Part shown: positions 26,419-32,000 of the stretch, piece by piece
Layout: each line of letters opens with the position of its first letter
How positions within the stretch are numbered: position 1 is the first letter of the stretch
Assembly: GCF_016127575.1 (NCBI RefSeq)
Contig: NZ_CP066018.1
Span: 2,250,001 to 2,282,000, forward strand
Direction of reading: 5' to 3'
DNA from: Cupriavidus necator
GTDB lineage: Bacteria > Pseudomonadota > Gammaproteobacteria > Burkholderiales > Burkholderiaceae
Length of the DNA stretch: 32,000 nt
Notes under the pieces: generated by a model
Seen by the model: only the letters and a program-made list of their open reading frames with translations
What the model was told of the DNA's origin: nothing
Databases searched by the model: none
Position numbers and translations under genes: made by a program

Positions 26419-27573
26419 ATGACCCCACAATCGATCAAGACCGTCGAGTTCGAAAAGCCGAACCTGGCGGATGCCGAAAACGCCACTGGCAGCAGCTGCG
26501 TGGCCCATGCCTGGGCCAAGGTGCCGCCGGTGCTGACACCCGACGAGCGCCAGTCCCTGAAGACGCGTATTCGCCGCCTGCTCAAGGAACGCAATGCGGT
26601 GCTGGTGGCGCACTATTACGTCGACGCCGACCTGCAGGACCTGGCCGAGGAAACCGGCGGCTGTGTCTCCGACTCCCTGGAAATGGCCCGCTTCGGCCGC
26701 GACCACGAGGCCCGGACCCTGGTGGTGGCGGGCGTGCGCTTCATGGGCGAGACCGCCAAGATCCTGAGCCCCGAGAAGACCGTGCTGATGCCGGACCTGG
26801 ACGCGACCTGCTCGCTCGACCTGGGTTGCCCGGCCGATGAGTTCGCCGCCTTCTGCGATGCGCACCCGGACCGCACCGTGGTGGTCTACGCCAACACCAG
26901 CGCCGCCGTGAAGGCGCGCGCGGACTGGATGGTGACCTCCAGCATCGGCCTGAAGATCGTCGAGCACCTGCATGCGCAGGGCAAGAAGATCCTGTGGGCG
27001 CCGGACAAGCACCTGGGCAGCTATATCCAGAAGCAGACCGGTGCCGACATGCTGCTGTGGCAGGGCTCGTGCCTGGTGCACGACGAGTTCAAGGGCATCG
27101 AGCTGGACCTGCTGCGCCGCGAATTCCCCAACGCCAAGATCCTGGTGCACCCTGAGTCGCCGGAAAACGTGGTGGCGCAGGCCGATGTGGTCGGCTCGAC
27201 CTCGCAGCTGATCGAGGCCGCACAGAAGCTGGACGCGACCGAGTTCATCGTCGCCACCGACAACGGCATCCTGCACAAGATGCGCATGGCGGCGCCCGGC
27301 AAGCACTTCATTGAAGCGCCCACGGCCGGCAACAGCGCGACCTGCAAGAGCTGCGCGCACTGCCCGTGGATGGCCATGAACGCGCTCACCAACCTGGCCG
27401 AGGTGCTGGAAACCGGCCGCAACGAGATCCATGTCGACCCGGTGATCGGGCGCCAGGCGGTGACCTGCATCAACCGCATGCTGGACTTCGCCGCCGCGCA
27501 GAAGCGCAATGTGCGTCCGTCGGCAGACCTGGCCAAGGAACAGGCGCTGTTCAAGGGGATTGGCCCGGCATGA
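26419..27573 (+). CDS. nadA: Quinolinate synthase
   Basis: 384 aa. ...[27 protein letters not shown]... and a three-domain repeat with Cys ligands (..TCSLD.., ..GSCLVH.., ..[10 protein letters not shown]..). GGAG RBS upstream. Confidence 0.95.
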   Translation: MTPQSIKTVEFEKPNLADAENATGSSCVAHAWAKVPPVLTPDERQSLKTRIRRLLKERNAVLVAHYYVDADLQDLAEETGGCVSDSLEMARFGRDHEARTLVVAGVRFMGETAKILSPEKTVLMPDLDATCSLDLGCPADEFAAFCDAHPDRTVVVYANTSAAVKARADWMVTSSIGLKIVEHLHAQGKKILWAPDKHLGSYIQKQTGADMLLWQGSCLVHDEFKGIELDLLRREFPNAKILVHPESPENVVAQADVVGSTSQLIEAAQKLDATEFIVATDNGILHKMRMAAPGKHFIEAPTAGNSATCKSCAHCPWMAMNALTNLAEVLETGRNEIHVDPVIGRQAVTCINRMLDFAAAQKRNVRPSADLAKEQALFKGIGPA

Positions 27574-28433
27574 GCGTGAATTCGATTTTCGACAGCTACG
27601 GTCCGGCGCTGCAGGCAGCGCTGCAAGCCAATGTGCAGGCCGCCATTGACGAGGATGTCGGCAGCGGCGACCTGACCGGCCTGCTGGTGCCTGCGGCCAA
27701 GGCGGCACGCGCGCGCGTGATCGTGCGCGAGTCCGCAGTGCTGTGCGGCCAGCCGTGGTTCGATGCCTGCATGCGCGCGCTCGACCCGGCGCTCGAGGTG
27801 CACTGGCTGCAGCAGGAAGGTGCCCGCATGGCGCACGATTCGGTGGTCTGCGAGATCACCGGCCCGGCGCGCTCGCTGCTGACGGCGGAGCGCCCGTCGC
27901 TGAATTTCCTGCAGCTGCTGTCGGGCGTGGCCACCGCCACGCGCCGCTATGCCGACCTGATCGCCGGCACCCGCGCGCGCGTGCTGGATACGCGCAAGAC
28001 GCTGCCGGGCCTGCGCCTGGCGCAGAAGTACGCGGTCCGCATCGGCGGCGGCGAGAACCAGCGGCTGGCGCTGTACGACGGCATCCTGATCAAGGAAAAC
28101 CATATCGCCGCGGCTGGCAGCATCAGCGCGGCCATGCAGGCGGCGCTGGCGCTCGATACCAGGGCGTCGGTGCAGATCGAGGTGGAAACGCTGGCCGAAC
28201 TGGAAGAAGCGCTTGCGGCCGGTGCGAAGTCGGTGCTGATCGATAACTTCACCGTGCCGATGATGCAGGATGCGGTCAGGATCAATCGGGGCAGGGCGCT
28301 GCTGGAGGTGTCGGGCGGCGTCAATGCCGATACTATCCGCACCTTTGCCGAAACCGGCGTGGACCGGATCTCGGTTGGTGCGCTGACCAAGGACGTGCGG
28401 GCGACGGACTATTCGCTGCGGATCATCGGCTGA
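27570..28433 (+). CDS. nadC: Nicotinate-nucleotide diphosphorylase (carboxylating) / quinolinate phosphoribosyltransferase
   Basis: ORF 27366..28433, trimmed to ATG 27570, which overlaps the nadA stop (ATGA). Motifs [52 protein letters not shown] and a C-terminal GALT. Confidence 0.93.
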   Translation: MSVNSIFDSYGPALQAALQANVQAAIDEDVGSGDLTGLLVPAAKAARARVIVRESAVLCGQPWFDACMRALDPALEVHWLQQEGARMAHDSVVCEITGPARSLLTAERPSLNFLQLLSGVATATRRYADLIAGTRARVLDTRKTLPGLRLAQKYAVRIGGGENQRLALYDGILIKENHIAAAGSISAAMQAALALDTRASVQIEVETLAELEEALAAGAKSVLIDNFTVPMMQDAVRINRGRALLEVSGGVNADTIRTFAETGVDRISVGALTKDVRATDYSLRIIG

Positions 28434-28451
28434 CGCTTCGCGCGATACCAG

Positions 28452-28488
28452 AAAAACGGGGTGGGGCCTTGCGGCGCCACCCCGTTTT
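28452..28488. terminator. Bidirectional rho-independent terminator shared by nadC (+) and nadB (-)
   Basis: AAAAACGGGGTGG ... CCACCCCGTTTT: a 9-bp core stem flanked by A5 on the left and T4 on the right. It lies in the 73-bp gap between the convergent stops. Confidence 0.85.
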
Positions 28489-28506
28489 GCTTTGCCTGGC
28501 CAGCCG

Positions 28507-30099
28507 TCAGCGCTTCCTTGTGGCTGGCGGCTGAATCACCGTCGGCAGCGCCTTGGGCAGGGTATCCGGATAGTCCCGGCTGAAGTGCAGGCCCCGGCTT
28601 TCGTGGCGCGAATAGGCGCTGTCCACGATCAGCGAGGCCACTTCGACCAGGTTGCGCAGCTCCAGCAGGTCGCTGGTGACGCGGAAGTTGGCGTAGTACT
28701 CAGCGATTTCCTCGCGCAGCAGGCCGATGCGGTGCTGGGCGCGCTCCAGCCGCTTGCTGGTGCGCACGATGCCGACGTAGTTCCACATCATGCGGCGCAG
28801 CTCGTCCCAGTTGTGCGACACCACCACTTCCTCGTCGGCATCGGAGACGCGGCTTTCATCCCAGGCCGGCAGCGTGATGTCAGGCAGCCCGGCCTTGTCC
28901 TTGGAAGCGATGTCCTCGGCCGCGGCGCGGCCGATCACCATGCATTCGAGCAGCGAGTTGGAGGCCAGCCGGTTGGCACCATGCAGGCCGGTGCAGGCGG
29001 TTTCGCCCACGGCGTACAGATTGCCGATATCGGTGCGTCCGGAGGTGTCGGTGACCACGCCGCCGCAGGTGTAGTGGGCGGCCGGCACCACGGGAATCGG
29101 CTCGCGCGTGATGTCGATGCCGAGCTCCAGGCAGCGCGCGTGGATGGTCGGGAAGTGTTCTTTCAGGAAGGATTCGGGCTGGTGGCTGATATCCAGGTAG
29201 ACGCAGTCCAGGCCGCGCTTCTTCATCTCGAAGTCGATCGCGCGCGCCACCACGTCGCGCGGCGCCAGTTCGGCGCGCGCATCGTGTTCGGGCATGAAGC
29301 GGGTGCCATCGGGCAGCTTGAGCAGGCCGCCTTCGCCGCGCACCGCTTCGGAGATCAGGAAGGACTTGGCGTAGGGGTGGTACAGGCAGGTCGGGTGGAA
29401 CTGGATGAACTCCATGTTCGAAACCCGGCAGCCCGCGCGCCAGGCCATGGCGATGCCGTCGCCGGTGGCCGTATCCGGGTTGGTGGTGTACAGGTAGACC
29501 TTGCCGGCACCGCCCGCGGCCAGCACGGTGTGCGTGGCGGTGAGGGTGCGCACCGCGCCGGTGCTGTCGTCCAGTACGTACAGGCCGTAGCAGCGGTTGC
29601 CCGGCAGCCCCAGCTTGCGCGAGGTGATCAGGTCGATTGCGAAGTGGTCTTCCAGGATGGTGATGTTCGGGTGCTGCATGGCCTGCTGCAGCAGCGTGCT
29701 GACCACGGCATGGCCGGTGGCGTCGGCGGCGTGGATGATGCGCCGGCGGCTGTGGCCGCCTTCGCGCGTCAGGTGGAAGCCCAGTTCGGCCTGTTCGTCG
29801 CGCGTGAATGGCACGCCGCGGTCGATCAGCCACTGGATGGCCTCGCGCCCATGCTCCACGATGAAGCGCGTGGCCTCTTCGTCGCACAACCCCGCACCGG
29901 CGACGAGCGTGTCCTGCGTATGCTCGTCATGGCTGTCGCCGGAATCCAGCACGGCGGCAATACCGCCCTGCGCCCAGTCGCTGGCGCCCTGGGTCATGGC
30001 GCGCTTGCTGAGGATGGCCACCCGGTGGGTGTCGGCCAGTTGCAGCGCGACCGTAAGGCCGGCCAGGCCGCTGCCGACGATGGCGACGTCGAAATTCAT
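28507..30099 (-). CDS. nadB: L-aspartate oxidase
   Basis: 530 aa. N-terminal [16 protein letters not shown] fold, then ...AQGGIAA..., HPT... and [22 protein letters not shown]. Confidence 0.95.
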   Translation of the reverse strand: MNFDVAIVGSGLAGLTVALQLADTHRVAILSKRAMTQGASDWAQGGIAAVLDSGDSHDEHTQDTLVAGAGLCDEEATRFIVEHGREAIQWLIDRGVPFTRDEQAELGFHLTREGGHSRRRIIHAADATGHAVVSTLLQQAMQHPNITILEDHFAIDLITSRKLGLPGNRCYGLYVLDDSTGAVRTLTATHTVLAAGGAGKVYLYTTNPDTATGDGIAMAWRAGCRVSNMEFIQFHPTCLYHPYAKSFLISEAVRGEGGLLKLPDGTRFMPEHDARAELAPRDVVARAIDFEMKKRGLDCVYLDISHQPESFLKEHFPTIHARCLELGIDITREPIPVVPAAHYTCGGVVTDTSGRTDIGNLYAVGETACTGLHGANRLASNSLLECMVIGRAAAEDIASKDKAGLPDITLPAWDESRVSDADEEVVVSHNWDELRRMMWNYVGIVRTSKRLERAQHRIGLLREEIAEYYANFRVTSDLLELRNLVEVASLIVDSAYSRHESRGLHFSRDYPDTLPKALPTVIQPPATRKR

Positions 30100-30239
30100 G
30101 GTGCGGAGTGCGCTGGGGGGGCGCCAGGCAAAAAGGAGGAAACGGGAAAGTCTACACCTGAAGCGCCATCCCGCGCATCAGCGCGTCGCGTGGGGGTGGG
30201 CGCTTATCGCCCCGCAGGCCTGCGCGGCGCGCAGGCAAC

Positions 30240-30267
30240 AAAAAGCCCCGCGGCATGGCGGGGCTTT
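30240..30267 (-). terminator. Rho-independent terminator after rpmG
   Basis: AGCCCCGC (30244-30251) pairs with GCGGGGCT (30259-30266). The plus-strand A5 (30240-30244) reads as a U-tract on the minus strand. An additional GC palindrome GCCTGCGCGGCGCGCAGGC lies at 30218-30236. Confidence 0.8.
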
Positions 30268-30287
30268 CTGGCGGGAACCGGGATCAA

Positions 30288-30458
30288 TTACTTGATCTTG
30301 GTTTCCTTGTAAGCGACGTGCTTGCGGGCGACGGGATCGAACTTCATGATCTCCATCTTTTCCGGCATGGTGCGCTTGTTCTTGGTGGTCGTGTAGAAAT
30401 GACCCGTACCTGCGGTCGATTCCAGCTTGATCTTGTCGCGGCCGCCTTTGCTTGCCAT
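30288..30458 (-). CDS. rpmG: 50S ribosomal protein L33
   Basis: Not in the ORF track (56 aa). Hand translation of the minus strand gives [61 protein letters not shown] lies 6 nt upstream of the ATG, and the gene is 13 nt downstream of rpmB. Confidence 0.9.
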   Translation of the reverse strand: MASKGGRDKIKLESTAGTGHFYTTTKNKRTMPEKMEIMKFDPVARKHVAYKETKIK

Positions 30459-30471
30459 GATGTGCTCCTAA

Positions 30472-30705
30472 TTAGACTTCGCCGCGTGCGCGCAGGTCGG
30501 CGAGCACGGAGTCGATGCCTTTCTTGTCGATCAGGCGCAGGCCGGCGTTCGAGACGCGCAGGCTCACCCAGCGGTTTTCGGATTCAACGAAGAAACGACG
30601 ATTCTGCAGGTTGGGCAGAAAACGGCGCTTGGTCTTGTTGTTTGCGTGGGAAACGTTGTTGCCGACCATCGGCGCTTTCCCGGTCACTTGACAGACGCGT
30701 GCCAT
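30472..30705 (-). CDS. rpmB: 50S ribosomal protein L28
   Basis: [34 protein letters not shown]..., 77 aa. AGGAG RBS upstream. Confidence 0.95.
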   Translation of the reverse strand: MARVCQVTGKAPMVGNNVSHANNKTKRRFLPNLQNRRFFVESENRWVSLRVSNAGLRLIDKKGIDSVLADLRARGEV

Positions 30706-30806
30706 GAAGCACTCCTAAATCTTCTATTCGTGGACAATGTTCGCAACAGATCAACAAAAGGCGCGCGGGCCCGGACTGCAGCGGTTGAGACTTCAGCAAA
30801 ACGGGC

Positions 30807-30836
30807 ATTATAGACCGGATTCCCTCGCCGAATCAA
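30807..30836 (-). promoter_or_regulatory. Candidate sigma70 promoter of rpmB-rpmG
   Basis: The minus strand reads TTGATT (30836-30831), 18 nt, TATAAT (30812-30807), about 100 nt upstream of the rpmB ATG. Confidence 0.6.
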
Positions 30837-30896
30837 TGCCTTCTGTGCTTTGGCGTTATCCGGTGTTGCTGCGCTGTATGTGCCGTGGCGTTGGCG

Positions 30897-31583
30897 TCAC
30901 AGCCCGGGCAGGCGGTCGCAGCAGTCGGCCAGCGAGCGGATTTCCTGGCCGGCCACGATGAAATGGTCGAGCAGCCGCACGTCGATCAGATCGAGGGTGC
31001 GCGCCAGTTCGTGGGTCAGGCGGATGTCGCTCTGGCTCGGCGCGGTGGTGCCGCGCGGGTGGTTGTGCGCCACGATGATGCCGGCCGCATTATGCACGAG
31101 CGCCTGGCGCGCCACCTCGCGCGGGTAGACGGCGGTGCGCGTCAGCGTGCCGCGGAACATTTCTTCACTGGCCACCATGCGGTTGCGCGGATCCAGGAAC
31201 AGGCACAGGAAGACCTCGTGCGGCAGCGGCGCCAGCGTCAGGCGCAGGTAGTTGCGCACCGCCGCCGGGCCGTCGAAGCCGGTGGGCAGGCGCAGCGATT
31301 CGGCCAGCGCACGCCGTGCCAGCTCCGGAATGGCCTGCAGTTGGGCATACTTGGTTTCGCCCATGCCCCGGACGCTTGTCAGTGCGCGCCCCTCGGCCGC
31401 GAACAGGGCTGTCAGCGAGCCGAAGCGGTGCAACAGCTCGCGTGCGAGGTCCACGGCGCTTTTGCCGGCAGCGCCCACGCGCAGCAGGATGGCCAGCAGC
31501 TCGGCGTCTGACAGGGCGGCGGCGCCGCTTTCCATCAGTTTCTCGCGGGGCCGCTCGCAGGCGGGCCAGTTGGCAATGGTCAT
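30897..31583 (-). CDS. radC: RadC-like JAB/MPN-domain protein (UPF0758)
   Basis: ORF 30897..31742(-), trimmed to MTIANWPACERPREKL with GGAG upstream. HhH region LSDAELLAILLRVG and JAMM motif VAHNHPRGTTAPSQSD. Confidence 0.9.
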   Translation of the reverse strand: MTIANWPACERPREKLMESGAAALSDAELLAILLRVGAAGKSAVDLARELLHRFGSLTALFAAEGRALTSVRGMGETKYAQLQAIPELARRALAESLRLPTGFDGPAAVRNYLRLTLAPLPHEVFLCLFLDPRNRMVASEEMFRGTLTRTAVYPREVARQALVHNAAGIIVAHNHPRGTTAPSQSDIRLTHELARTLDLIDVRLLDHFIVAGQEIRSLADCCDRLPGL

Positions 31584-31689
31584 GAGCACTCCAGGGTAGT
31601 CACGCCGTGATGAGGGTGAGGCCGGGTCCGGGGGCGGCGGGCAATGGGCCAGTCGAATACAATACGGGTTGTTGACCGGTTGATCACCC

Positions 31690-32000
31690 ATGAATTTGCA
31701 AACTTTCGCGTCGGAAACCGACGGCGGCACGGCTGGCCGCAAGACTGTCCAGGCCGACTCTTTCCTGACCCTGCACTACAGCATCGCGCTCGAGAACGGC
31801 ACCGAGGTCGTCAGCACGTTCGAGGAGAAGCCCGCCACGCTGCTGCTCGGCCAGGGCCAGTTCGCGCCGACGCTGGAGCAGGCGCTGCTCGGCATGCCCG
31901 AAGGCGAGCGCATGACCTACCGGCTGGCGCCGGAGCAGGCCTTTGGCCCGCGCAACCCCGAGCTGCTGCAGTGGGTGTCGCTGGCCACGCTGCGCGAGAA
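31690..32000 (+). CDS. fkpB: FKBP-type peptidyl-prolyl cis-trans isomerase (FkpB/SlpA-like), N-terminal part; runs off the window end
   Basis: Hand translation from ATG 31690 gives MNLQTFASETDGGTAGRKTVQADSFLTLHYSIALENGTEVVSTFEEKPATLLLGQGQFAPTLEQALLGMPEGERMTYRLAPEQAFGPRNPELLQWVSLATLRE... This resembles short FKBP (FkpB/SlyD-type) N-domains. Open to the window edge, so absent from the ORF track. Confidence 0.7.
   Translation, partial: MNLQTFASETDGGTAGRKTVQADSFLTLHYSIALENGTEVVSTFEEKPATLLLGQGQFAPTLEQALLGMPEGERMTYRLAPEQAFGPRNPELLQWVSLATLRE

Noticed and set aside
30133-30139. Strong plus-strand Shine-Dalgarno-like AAGGAGG between nadB and rpmG, possibly marking a small plus-strand gene.
   Set aside because: No ATG, GTG or TTG lies 4-12 nt downstream. 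The region is the nadB 5' region on the opposite strand, and the only plus-strand ORF nearby (30255..30707) is antisense to rpmG and rpmB.

Overview
High-GC (roughly two-thirds G+C by eye) proteobacterial chromosomal core. Gene content, gene order and an orphan Bug/TctC-family receptor suggest a Burkholderiaceae genome such as Cupriavidus or Ralstonia; this is inference only, no search was run. I can support 32 tightly packed protein-coding genes, two of them truncated by the window edges. Almost all are housekeeping. In order: argF', ppnP, murB, yajQ, DUF192, a small Lys-rich secreted protein, rluE, icd, a VOC protein, a cold-shock protein, clpS-clpA, an orphan Bug receptor plus a VOC protein, dut, coaBC, lspA, ileS, ribF, a hybrid histidine kinase convergent with a LuxR-type response regulator, purN, a Sun/RsmB-family m5C methyltransferase, an MscS-family channel, a DesA-like membrane desaturase, nadA-nadC convergent with nadB, rpmG-rpmB, radC, fkpB'. 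rpmG, argF' and fkpB' are absent from the ORF track and were read directly from the sequence. I found no rRNA, tRNA, CRISPR array, IS element or transposase, integrase, prophage or defence-type gene. I see no convincing evidence for a novel multi-gene system here; this looks like an ordinary conserved region. The second-look items are small-scale: (1) a three-hairpin REP-like cluster at the lspA|coaBC junction; (2) a 67-aa signal-peptide-bearing Lys/Ala/Pro/Thr-rich protein with its own RBS and terminator; (3) clpS and purN both lack a Shine-Dalgarno and have TAGAAT exactly 6 nt upstream of the ATG, so they may be leaderless; (4) an unexplained 385-bp structured region upstream of the desaturase, with a TAGAAT box and three TTGCAGC repeats; (5) a perfect 14-bp palindrome in the AT-rich rluE/icd divergent region; (6) a six-TM hybrid kinase with no HPt partner in view. 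All family assignments rest on motif recognition from memory, not on searches.
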